A stretch of DNA of 64,000 nt from the NCBI RefSeq assembly GCF_009914755.1, contig NC_060935.1; one strand, given 5' to 3'. Of the stretch, positions 51,985 through 64,000 are shown in pieces (within the stretch, counting starts at the first letter, position 1; each line of letters begins with the position of its first letter). The position numbers and the translations under genes are program-made. A model generated the notes under the pieces. It did no database searches, was not told the DNA's origin, and worked only from the letters and a program-made list of their open reading frames with translations. The stretch is from the human T2T-CHM13v2.0 reference genome, Homo sapiens.

Positions 51985-52512
51985 TGGTAAAAACAAAAAG
52001 TATCTGAGACAGGAGGTCTTAATCAATTTGAAGTTTATTTTGCCAGCGTTAATGACATGCCTAAAAAAAGGAACAGCAATCCACAGGAACAATCTGTGAT
52101 CCATGCCTTTTTCCAAAGATAATTTTGAGGACTTGAGTATTTAAAGCAGAAACGGGCTGGAGGGTCAAGAGGGAGGGCATGGTCACTTTACTCAATCCAC
52201 ATGTGAGGACTTGAGTATTTAAAGCAGAAACAGGGGCTGGAGGGTCAAGAGGGAGGGTATGGTCACAATACTCAGTCCACATGTTTCAAGACGAAAGGAG
52301 CAGGTGGGGGGATAGTCAAATTTGTATTCCTCTCCAGTAAGTCCGCACTTTAGGTGAGAGTAGCTGCCTTTGGAGATATTCTAGCTCTTAATCTGCAACT
52401 ATTTGCTTAGGAATAAAAGGGAAGGCAGTTTTTTGCATGACTCAGCTTTCAGCTTAATATATCCCTTTTGTGATACTCAATTGCGGGCCTAAGATTTTAT
52501 TTTCTTTTCACA
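51985..52512 (-). mobile_element. MER4-group 5' LTR (MER4C/A1-like) with an internal ~79-bp tandem duplication
   Basis: Reverse begins TGTGAAAAGAAAATAAAATCTT..AAGCTGAGTCATGCAAAAAACTGCCTTCC and ends ..GTCTCAGATACTTTTTG. Confidence 0.85.
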
Positions 52513-52514
52513 AC

Positions 52515-53640
52515 CACCATGTTTTGGGTCTCAGAAACTGAAAACTACATGTGTCATTCACTTACATGAGAAAAACAGAGGGCAGGGGCAAATTTGGAGG
52601 AGACAATTAAGAGATATAAATTGAGGTTATAGGATTTGGGATTTCTATTTTGTTTCCAGATACCGTCAACTGCACAGATACAAAAAAAGTAACTACGTAG
52701 AAGATTTAACCAGAGTTGGGGCTCTGTTTCTTTCTTTTCTTTTCCTTTTCTTTCCTTCTCTTTTCTTTTCTTTTCTTTCCTTTTCTTTTCTTTTCTTTTC
52801 TTTTCTTTTCTTTTCTTTTCTTTTCTTTCTTTTCTTTCTCTCTCTCTGTCTTTGTTTCTTTTTTAGGGGCGAATGGGGTAGTATATTGAGAACATGTCAG
52901 GAAGTGTTTATACAAACAGTCATAATATCTCTCTTGGGTGAGGAAAGAGTGAGAGCAGTTCAGGGCAAGTGAGAGCGAAAAGCTGCTAGGGTCTATATAG
53001 TAAAAGTCTTTGCTGGAATGAAGATATTAGAATGAGTGAGCCAGAAAATAGAAGATGAAATTGGAGAGATGTGTCTGTAAAATTACTGTAATGAAAGGGA
53101 TGAGATTGTGGGTGATGCCATGATGCTATATATATGGAGTGGCTGGCGGAAGTATGATGGGTGGCTGAATTATTAGCGTGAAGGCTGTTATGGAACTGAG
53201 ATGCAAGAGTACTAGAATGTTCACCACATTGAAACTGATACCACCAAGAAAGTACACACTGTGAGAGGAAGGAGGCAGTAGCTAGATGGTAAATACTGAA
53301 AGAATGAGCGTTGTGACTCCATGAATATAAATGATTACCAGGAAAAAAAAAAAAAAAAAGGTTTAGTGGACTGTGTACATTGATGGCCTAACCTTCAAAG
53401 CTGGAACTTTTCAGAGGATGGAAATCTGAAATTTTGAAAGCAGCCTGAGGAACAAAGAGGACATTTACCTCACTTCCCAGCCCAGTGCTCTGAATTGTGC
53501 TGTAGAGAAAACATGACTGCTTGAGAGTACAGCAGAGAAAGCAAGGTCCTCTGGGGAGAACCCAATCTTGTTTAGAAGAAGGGAAGGTTTAGAAAAGATG
53601 TTGAAAATATAAGTAATTTTGCTACTGACTGACTGATTTC
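52515..53640 (-). mobile_element. L2 fragment(s), interrupted by (TTTTC)n
   Basis: GTCATTCACTTACATGAG..GGGCAGGGGCAAATTTGGAGG and purine-rich L2-like sequence beyond 52870. Confidence 0.5.
52727..52864. repeat. (TTTTC)n polypyrimidine tract
   Basis: About 135 bp, nearly all C/T. Confidence 0.95.
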
Positions 53641-53704
53641 AGAGAGAACAGAGAAAAAACCGTAATCATAATTTTCCTTGTAGTTTATCTGGTAAAAAAA
53701 AAAA

Positions 53705-53747
53705 TGTGTGTGTGTGTGTGTGTGTGTGTCTTTGTGTGTGTGTGTGT
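53705..53747. repeat. (TG)n microsatellite
   Basis: Two TG runs split by TCTT. Confidence 0.95.
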
Positions 53748-55589
53748 CTATGTTATAGTTAAACTTTTAGGTTTTATTTTTATGATAAACATATCAGTTA
53801 CTGTAAATCAAAATTTGTTCACATTTCTAGTAAGGTGCCTAGTATTAAAGATATTTATTATTTTCTTTTAATTCATGAAGGGTATCCTTGTGTTTATTTC
53901 TAATCTTCTCTGATAGGTATTCAGTTAAAGTATTGCCGAATACATCAAGCTTTGACCTTCAATGAATACCATTATGAAACAGAGTGATTCAATAATATTC
54001 AAGACATTGAGAAGACACTTTTCTAACTTGTACAATTCTTAAGATCAGAAAATAGTGTGAAGTCAATTCAATCAATACAGGATAGTTGATGAAGCTAAAA
54101 GATGTTATTTATTAAATGTAAATCTCTTGAAAGTTTTTTAAAGAGGGAATCAAAATTTAAACAGTGATTATAAATCCCTCTACGTTTGATGACACAGGGA
54201 TACAGCTGCTTTCCTAGTCACCTAAGGCAGGTGGTGCTTTACTGTGTTTTACAGAGCTAAAAGAAATGAACATTTTTCTTTGAGAAAGCGGAAAAGCAGA
54301 TCAGAAAAAGACTTGTCAGAAGATACAGTGATTATTACTACTGTTTCTTATATATTCAGGGACACTGTGCTCAGTGCCATACCTACAATGAAGATCACAG
54401 TTCCAGGCCCCAATATAATCTTCGGCTGAAAAACAGGTGGTCTAATTTGTTTTATTATTTAATTATCTCATTAAAGAAAGAAGCAAGATTAAGACTATGT
54501 GATGTATTATTTGGCACCACAGCCTTAATTTCCTCTTCAATATTGTGGAAAAATATATTTTGATGCAATTTCCATGTCATGCAGCATGTTTCTGAAAAAA
54601 CAGTAGATAATATACATTCTTTTGGAAATATTTTGCCATTTCTAAAATGATGTATGAAAATTAGCAATATTCCATGCTTGAGTTAGCAGAGAAAATTGAC
54701 TGACTTGAGATTCGGAGGTTTTTGTTTTATGAAACAATGTACAACATTATATTATATATTGTAGGTAAAGCTAAATCATTTAAATAATTTCCTCTAGTTC
54801 CATGCAACAGCAAGTAAGATGCATAGCTTTTAATTTTCTTTGCTATGCCCAGAAGTCTTTACCATAATCCAATTTTCTCACAACTTTTGAAGTCTGTGTT
54901 AAGCAATAACATACGGCAAGTTTATTCCAACGTAGGACACAGCTTCTCAAATCAGAGCCGTTTTAATAATTATTACCAATAGGAACTTTGAAATCTACTG
55001 ATAGTAGCTGAAGAGATAAAGTGATTTGTCTTTAACAGATGTGTTTCTTTTAAATTATTCATTTTCAGAAGCATATTTCTGTATAACAGGTGCCCAAAAA
55101 TTGCTGTGGAAATATGAATATATTTAGAAGACTCCTATTTATGCTAGGCATGTTGTTTTGACAATTCAAGAGAAATTTCTGAATTAAAATGAACATCATA
55201 CTTCTCAATTTCTCAGAAAAGGTAGTAATCAAGAGTATTTGGTACGTATGATTTAAGATTTAATCTTGCATCCAATTTTAGGATCAAATTTTGTTAATAT
55301 ATTTCTCAGCAAAGAGTATAATCATCAACCATTTAGTCAAAACACTTGAGGATGATGTGACTTAAGTCTAGATAAATGTATTGATATATAATTCTCATAT
55401 CAGTCTTTTAGTATCAATGCCATTTTTAAAGTGTGAAATAATGCTCCTGAAATGTAATATCACAACATGATATTGGGAGGACAAATATATTCTTCTTTTC
55501 ATTATATAAAGGGCAATTTGACAATTCTCCTGTCAAATTGTCATCTTTTTGTAGATGAGAAGTACATTTTTCAAGACATCATACTTATG

Positions 55590-55958
55590 CCATCTTAAGA
55601 AACAATGTCCATATCTTAGTCAATACTTTTTAAAAACAGTTTATTTCTTGCTCAAGAATATTCTGCAGCTGTCCAGGTGACATATCAGCTGTTGCCCATG
55701 AGGTGATTCAGGGATTAAGTCTTCTGGAATTTTTTGGCCTTGCTATCTCAACAGGGGTTCTACACACTAGCAGTGACAGGGAGAGCTCACACTGAAACTC
55801 ACACCTACTCCCTCTCTGCTGTAGACAGAAATGACATACGTCTTCAGTTCATAATACTCTAACCACATCTGGTTACATGCATCTACTTAACAGCAAATGG
55901 GGCTTGAAATGTAGGTGAAAATAGGAAATATTTGGTGAGCATTACTTACTCTGCCAAA
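55590..55958 (-). mobile_element. MLT1J/I-like MaLR LTR
   Basis: GTTTATTTCTTGCTCA..CAGAAATGACATACG..GAAATGTAGG..AATATTTGGTGAGCA..CTCTGCCA. Confidence 0.65.
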
Positions 55959-56509
55959 GAGGGATACACTAAGTCTTAAATATGCCAAATAACTTGTTTA
56001 TAGGGTACAACTAAAAATATCCAGTACTTGATATTGGGACTAGTTCTGTCTATAACCAAACCTACACTATTTCTTGCATAGTGACCTACCATCATTTATT
56101 GGAGAATCGTATACATAGACAAGCTTCAATTAGGTTGTCATTTATTCTCATATTTGTGGCATGGCCATGTAGGCCATGAAATTATATATGAGGAAGTATA
56201 TGGGGAAGATGGTAACAAATTGTAGTTCTGGTCTGTAACAGATATATTCAGAATTACAGTGCAAGGTTTTATAATTATTTTAAAAAGGTCGTATTCAACT
56301 TTGAAATGACTCATAATTTTATCAAATTTTCATAGACATTTCAAGGTTGAAATGTTCTCTAAGTTCATGCAGTACTACTAATGCATGATCTCATATTACA
56401 ACGCTACCAAAGATCTTAAATGTTCTAAAGGAGTAAAAGCAGATCATGATCATTTGGAGTGAGAGACACCTGATTTGAATTCCAATTGACTGTAGTGGTG
56501 GCAGTGATG

Positions 56510-56700
56510 TCAATTACTACATATTGAGTGCTGTCTTGGGCACTGTCATTAGCACGTTACAAACGTTATTTTAATTACTCCTATGGAGAATCCTATGAGA
56601 TAGAATTTCATAGGATGCCACCATAATTCTCTCCATTTCACATATGAATAAATGGAGGATCAGAGAGATTAAATCATTTATGCTCAGATCCACAATGAGA
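56510..56700 (-). mobile_element. MIR
   Basis: ATTGAGTGCT..GGCACTGT..CCTATGAG..CCATTTCACATATGAATAAATGGAGGATCAGAGAGATTAA. Confidence 0.7.
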
Positions 56701-57174
56701 CTACTGTGCATCATGTTATCGTCTCTAACTCTGCTTTATTGTCCTAACCACTACATAGCTTCCTTACATCTTTCACAGCATACGTTTGAATCTTACACAC
56801 TTTATATTTGTTTAGGATGTTCTGTTTAAGGTACAGTTTCCCCATCTTGTATCTATTCTTTCAAAGTAATTGGTGTTCATCTCAAGATCGTGTTTATGAC
56901 GGACAGACATCATCTTGTTAGATTTAGCTCATCTGATATGTAAATCCAAAAAACTTTACTATCACCTCCAGATTACTTCTGACAATATGCCCCTTTCATA
57001 TCTAATGAGTACAATAATAATATGTTACATTTACAAAATACTCAAAAATTCAACATTTTATTATCTCCTCACAATAATTCTCATAGCGGTTCCTTTGATG
57101 TCCACACTATTTTATTTGCCATTTAACTAGTCATTCTTTCTTGATCATAAGATCTCCTTCATACACTCAACATC

Positions 57175-57420
57175 GAGATATTTGAGTACCTGAAAGCTTC
57201 ATCCTGGTTCCCTTTCATCTTTATTTATAATAACCTCTCCCTAAAAGGTTTTCTCTACCTTCATGATGTTAATTCTGTTGATAAGCTGAACACTTCCAAA
57301 TTTGCATCTTTAGCACTGGTCTTTTCAGTGAACTCCAACTGTCTATGTCCAGCTTCTTACTCAGCCTAATAGGCATCTCACGTATAAATGTTCAAAAGTG
57401 AGCCCTGATTTCCACCTCCA
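57175..57420 (+). mobile_element. L2 fragment
   Basis: TTCCAAATTTGCATCTTTAGC..TGAACTCCAACT..CTAATAGGCATCTCA. Confidence 0.6.
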
Positions 57421-57839
57421 AAGGTTTCACCAAATCTCAAAGTAAAGAATTGAAAATGAAATTTGTAAAATGTTATGTAGGCCCAGAGACCTAGTACTTT
57501 ACGTGGCAAAGAGCGGTCGCTTACACCATGCCAGATGTATTGAGATGATCTTCAATTATAAAAATACGTGATGTTATGTTAAAGTCACACAACTAGGAAT
57601 GGCTACTGGTATGAGAATTAAAAGTGGTTTTGCTGCTTTATGTTTCTAAGATGCTCCTTTCTTTACGTAATCATCTATAATTTGACTTCATACATTATTA
57701 TTCTTAATAAATATATATTTTATGATAAAGTTAATTGTAGAGACTAAGAAAGTCTGATTAAAGTATAATTTTAAGGTCAATAGCAGAAAACACTTAAACA
57801 GTATTTCCCGTTGTATACATCTTTTTCGTTTTTAAGCTA

Positions 57840-58224
<385 letters not shown>

Positions 58225-59746
58225 TCACCACCATAGGGCAATCACCATTACAATGCTAATGTATTTTCCATATATTAAAAATGTTTTCTAGATGAGATTC
58301 TGTTCCATGTACAATATGGTATTCTGTTTCTGTCAGTTAGTATAAGAATGTTTATATATCATTAAATGCTTGTAAACTATCATTTTAGTGCAACATTTAA
58401 CACATGAGTAAAGGTTTATTCATGCTAGAAGCTTAATAATAAAATAATGAATTATTCTAGATTCCCTTAAGATGTACTTCAACTTTACAAATTCTGATTG
58501 AGTCAATAAATACTTAATAAAGCATGATGAAAGTGCCAAATCATAATTTATTTACATGCATATTTCAGGAATCTTTTTTTAAAATAAAGATTTTTGAATA
58601 GTAATTTAGAACATTTATTGATGAGTCTACTATAAGGAACTATTTGTCTTATCTCTATTTTACCAGCCAAGATGTTCAAGTGATGACTATATGTCACATA
58701 TTTCATGTCTTACAGCCAGTAATTGTTGGACAAGAATTGAAACCTGGCAGTCAGACTTCAGAAACTGGTCTCTTACACAATTTTAGGTCACCTAAAAATA
58801 TCTTTCTGCCTTCTTTATTTTCCTTCATATTCTTATTTTCTCCTATCTCTTTATCTCTTCATATCTCTCTCTCTCTCATACACACACAATATATAACTTT
58901 TTCTAATTCATATCATTTATTTAATTTATAAATATATTTATGTTAGCAAAACATAAAAATTATCTAAAGAGGACACTGTATACAGTGATGTGTTTTCCTC
59001 CAAAGCTCTAATTTTTCACTCATTGAGGATCCCCCACTCATGTCACAGTTAACTATTCAGTAATGTTTGTGCATCAATCCAGAGTTTTTTTATACATATG
59101 TAAGTTCATAAAAATACATATATACCTCTGGCACTGTTTTCCAGCAAATCAACTTTACACATTAAATGGCCTGCTTCAGGACCAAGTTAACTCTCAGCAC
59201 TTACACACAAAGTCAAAATACAGTGTGCAAGTCTTCGATGATGTTGTGACGCTATAGAACTGGTGATATGTAGTGAACAAAATAAGCAAAATCACACATA
59301 AGTTAAATAATTTCTGATTTTAATGAACACTATGAAATAAAAATAGAAGAAAATGGGTTATAAAGTAATATGTGCCATTTATCTTTTCGATAGAGTGACC
59401 TAAATGATGAGGATTACACATATAAGCATTTGTATAAAAAATGCCCATGGGAGAGAAATAAGCTCATATTAAAAGGCCAAAGGCAAAAACAAATTCTATG
59501 TAATCAAGGAACTTAATGTCCAGTACGGCTATAGCACAGACTGTTGGAGGAGAGCAGAGAAGGAATCAGGAGGCATGTTAATGAGCTAGTTCATTTAGAT
59601 GTGTAGATCTCTGTGTGTGTGTGTGCGTGTGTGTGTATATATATTTAAGATTTTAGAGAGGAAATATGCACTGTGAATCTAAAAAAATAACGTTAAAAAT
59701 AAACTTGTACACAAATGGGCTAAATACTTAGCATTTAGAAATACAT

Positions 59747-60157
<411 letters not shown>

Positions 60158-61039
60158 TCACAAATCAATTTATGCAAGGAAATACATTAGTATTTGGTAA
60201 TGGAGAGGAAATAGTATTTAAAATATACATAAAACATTTAGATCAATGCAGATGTGGTTGTAATAAAAGACAAAATGTAGAAAACAATATGGATCATTCG
60301 AATAAATCAGAAAAAATGGTAAATGTTAAAGCATTAAGATGATTGAATACCATAATGAATGCATTAGTATTTCTGTGGTTATACTGAGGATTTAATTCAC
60401 TCTAGAACAGTTTCTTCTGTTAAAACAGAAAACATTCCTTCACATTTTTTTCTATAACTTTCAATAAATGAGGATAATTACATTTAGAAGTGATTTATCT
60501 TAGTCAGTACTCTTATAAATTATACCAGCTAATTTTTAGTGAATTAAGTTTATTGGGATACTGCTGAGTTAAAAGGGATATATTTTGCTGTTGAAATTTT
60601 CTTATTAAGTTAATGACTTCTTGTACACCTAAAATGACAACTGGAATTATTACTAACATTTAAAATCTGAACTGTTTGGTTTGAACATAAAATACAATTT
60701 CTTGTTTATTTGATTTGACCTCCTATAATTTAAAAAATTATATATATAAAAATATTATTAAGGGAATATTTGTATACCATTATACCTAACACAAATAGTC
60801 AACTTAGGTTGTCTAATCCACTGTGCTTTCTGCAAAGACTTTCAGAATTATTTGTAGGTTACCTGTTCAGATAGATAATCACTAGTTGGGCAAGATTGTT
60901 AAAACCTACACAAGATTGTTGGACTTTGGTTCTCTGATGACTTTGTCCATAGCCTTGTGTAACATTTCTTCTTCATTCTTTTCCATTCTTACATAACTTT
61001 TTTTTTTCTGGATGCTTAATATTTGTCAACATGAATTGA

Positions 61040-61253
61040 TGATCTTAAAATGTCAGCAAAAGGGGAAGCATTATGAAGGAGCAAGTTTTGAAGTGCATAG
61101 ATATGTCCAGGCTTGGAAGTCATATTCTGTTGGTGAAAATGTAATCCCGTGATCATCACACTAAATTGCAAGGGAAGCTGGGATATGTAATTAGCTGTGT
61201 GTTCAGTAAGAAGAGCACACTAATTACGGTGAACTGATTGCAATCTCCTACAC
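61040..61253 (-). mobile_element. MLT1J-like fragment
   Basis: CTAAATTGCAAGGGAAGCTGGGATATGTAATTAGCTGTGTG..AAGAAGAG. Confidence 0.65.
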
Positions 61254-61294
61254 TCTAGATGATATCATAACAGAGCTGGTAAGACAATACTTTG

Positions 61295-61442
61295 GTTTTT
61301 AAAATTTTTATTATTAACATTATTTAGAGATGAGGGTCTTGCTATGTTGTCCAGGTTGGTCTGAAACCCCTAGCCTCAAGGAGTCCTGCCACTCCTGCCT
61401 CCCAAGTAGCTGGGATTACAGGTATGAGCCACCCCACCTGGA
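61295..61442 (-). mobile_element. FLAM (free left Alu monomer)
   Basis: Single monomer GGGTCTTGCTATGTTGTCCAGG..GGGATTACAGGTATGAGCCACC flanked by TSD AATACTTTG. Confidence 0.85.
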
Positions 61443-62497
61443 AATACTTTGTATTTGATATTTTAAGGTTGAAGTTGTGTGAGCCTTGCATTTTCTCTTT
61501 AGCAATCAATTAACAAATCATGCCTTAACTCTCTCTAAAGAGCGTCAAAATATTGAGAATAATTTCTGATTAGTATAATATTTAGTCTAGTTACCTCATC
61601 TTAACCTCTTTTAAACAATTACATATGGGATTCCCTTTTGTATTGCTTTTAATCTTAACTACTTTATACAAACAATAAAATAATCTTGAACATTCAAATT
61701 CTCCTCTGCCCTAATTTTTGTCTAGATCTTTCCTAGAACTTTCTAACATATGTTAGAAACACCCCCACGTTAATATACTAGCATCTAAAACTGTCTCAGC
61801 CCCTTGCACTGAACATGTGAATAATGTTCTGGCATAGCCTATATTTCCTCCAATGTGAAACTGCAAAATTCTCAGCTCTTGTTTGAGGGGCAGCCTCAAA
61901 CTAGCATCTCCTTCTTCCCTTTTTCATTGATGATTGGATTTGGTTGCACCAAAGTAACTTATGAGAGGTTGACTCAAAATAGGAATTGATGCATTCAGAT
62001 TGTTTTCTCAAAAATTAAAATTGTAAAATTAGGAGTGAATTAAGCATGTGGATATTAAGAGTCTTGGCCATATTAGTAACTCTAAAACAGTTTGGTAATC
62101 TTACAGCTTGGCTCAGAACTCTTTTTTTTTAAATGCATTGTTATGAAAAGGCTAAAGTCTTCAAAGTCATTTTTAATATATTTTGAGATGTGACTCCATG
62201 CGTTTCCATCAGTGTCCAGCCCATCTGGACTATTGGATTGAGATCTGGGGTTCTCTGCCTCCGTACTATTGATAAGAATGAGAAGTGAATTCCAGGAAAA
62301 TACCCTGTGTTATCTCTCCATTAAATCCTGAGTTGTAATCTCCTCCAGGATGTTTCCCTGATCATCCTAAGCAGAATTGCTCTGCTACCTTTTTTATGGC
62401 ATTTTCACATTTGTTGTAGTTATTTGAGTGCATGCCTTGCTAACTTTGTTCCATGGAAAGTACTGGACTCATTTAGCTACCCATAGCTATGAGGGCT

Positions 62498-62793
62498 ATA
62501 TATATATTTTTTTTAAGATGGAGTCTTGCTCTCTTGCCCAGGCTGGAGTGCTGCGTGACCTTGGCTCACCGCAACCTCCACCTCCCGGGTTCTAGCGATT
62601 CTCCCTCCTCAGACTCCCGAGTAGCTGGGATTACAGGCATGTGCCACCATGCCCAGCTAATTTTTGTATTTTTAGTAGAGACCGGGTTTCACCACATTGG
62701 CCAGGCTGGTCTTGAACTCCTGACCTTAGGTGATCCACCCACCTTGGCCTCCCAAAGTGCTGGGATTACAGGTGTGAGGCACTGCACCTGGCT
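62498..62793 (-). mobile_element. AluSx-like, full length
   Basis: Reverse dimeric Alu; TSD TGAGGGCT. Confidence 0.95.
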
Positions 62794-64000
62794 TTGAGGG
62801 CTGTTGTTTAAGTATACCTGTGTTAATCAAAGAGACAGAGTTTTTGTGGAAATTATGGGGACAGAGCTCTAGTGTTTTTCTATCAGCGTGTTTTATTTTA
62901 ATCTTGATTATTTGGTGTGACTCTATTCGTCTATGTATGCTTGTGAATACGCATGAATATGTCTGTGACTCCTGCAATAAAGGCTAGAACAAAGACATAT
63001 AAAACCAGTTTCTTGAATTTGTAAAATCCATGCTTTAGTTTCTTTCCCAAATCCTGCACTTTAAACCTCTATGGTAAAAGAAAAAGGAAGCAGAGATGAT
63101 ATTATAACCAGTAATGAGAAATCTGTGGCCTGTTCCAAGTCTGTGAACGAAGTGATACAAAACATGACTACTGAGAATAGTTGGAAATTGATGCTGTGGG
63201 AAGGGTAACATTCCTGGTAGGAAGCGGATCCATGTGGATGGCACTGTGATTGGCCAGACTTATACATGTCTCCTTGCCTATATTGATATTAAGACTTTCC
63301 AAATTTTTCTTACTTTATGATGTCTAGCACTGTGTTATTTATTTAGTAAGTATTCAAAAATAGTTGAATAAAGTGATAAAATAATTCACAAAAGAATTAA
63401 TATTTGAGTGTGAAAGTGCTTTGAAAATGAAAAAAATAAACAGACAAAGATACTGGATAGAAGAAAGAAAAACAAGGATTGAAGTCACTAGCGGCTTGTT
63501 GAATAAAAGACTGTCTGGATCTACCTATCAAAATGCTCAGACAAATGAAAACATGGAAATATTTTCTTTGATCCTAAAACAGGTGGATCTGAATTACAAG
63601 CCATCCAAGAATGGTTAGCTCCTGCCCTTTTTCCTTTTTATCTATGTGTAATTGTGAATTATTCAGAAGGATGCTGCATGGTCCCAAATGAATTGTTGTT
63701 ATTGATGTTTTATTATGTAAATATTTAAATATTGATTTTTCAGAAATAGTGGGTAGCCTGTGTACATTTTCATGGTGTTTTGACAAAACGTTGCAATAAG
63801 TGTCATGAGTCAGTTTTTGCTGACAGTCCAAACCAGAACGCCATGAAAAATGCAAACTGATGTCACTTCTCATTTGTAAAAGGCTTCAAAATTATGAATT
63901 CATAAATATTTAATAGCAATGGCTCAAACAGAAATTTGCTCTGTTAGAGTATACGACTGCTTGTGCATGCAGCATATAGAGCTATGCTTTCCTGAGACAG

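Noticed and set aside
54255-54436. Two plus-strand acceptor-like sites and a 61-aa ORF
   Set aside because: Only a weak donor (CAG|GTGGTC) follows and the peptide is unrecognised.
61295-61442. 7SL/BC200-like RNA gene
   Set aside because: Diverged free Alu monomer with a tail and TSD, so a retroposed copy.

Overview
AT-rich primate (human-like) genomic DNA made mostly of interspersed repeats. I recognise no protein-coding gene, rRNA, tRNA gene or CRISPR array. Most ORFs in the track come from Alu, L1, LTR or simple repeats; the rest match nothing I know. Main content: about 17 Alu/FLAM elements (many with readable target-site duplications, TSDs), a full-length but dead L1MA-type LINE (about 20.5-28.5 kb) with TSDs on both sides, other L1 fragments, several solo LTRs (MER41A, MER39, LTR47-like, MER52, MLT1), and a 3'-truncated MER4-group provirus with its 5' LTR and primer-binding site. 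DNA-transposon relics (MER5, MER44, MER63, MER91, Tigger3) and L2/MIR fragments fill much of the rest. Every L1 and LTR I could orient is on the minus strand, which suggests the window lies in an intron of a plus-strand gene. Best leads, all inferential: several strong minus-strand splice-site pairs plus an LTR promoter and donor that could form an antisense lncRNA, a deletion junction occupied by a MER52 LTR, and recurrent fold-back micro-rearrangements. Repeat family names come from my recall of consensus sequences, not from a search. Boundaries of old repeats are approximate.
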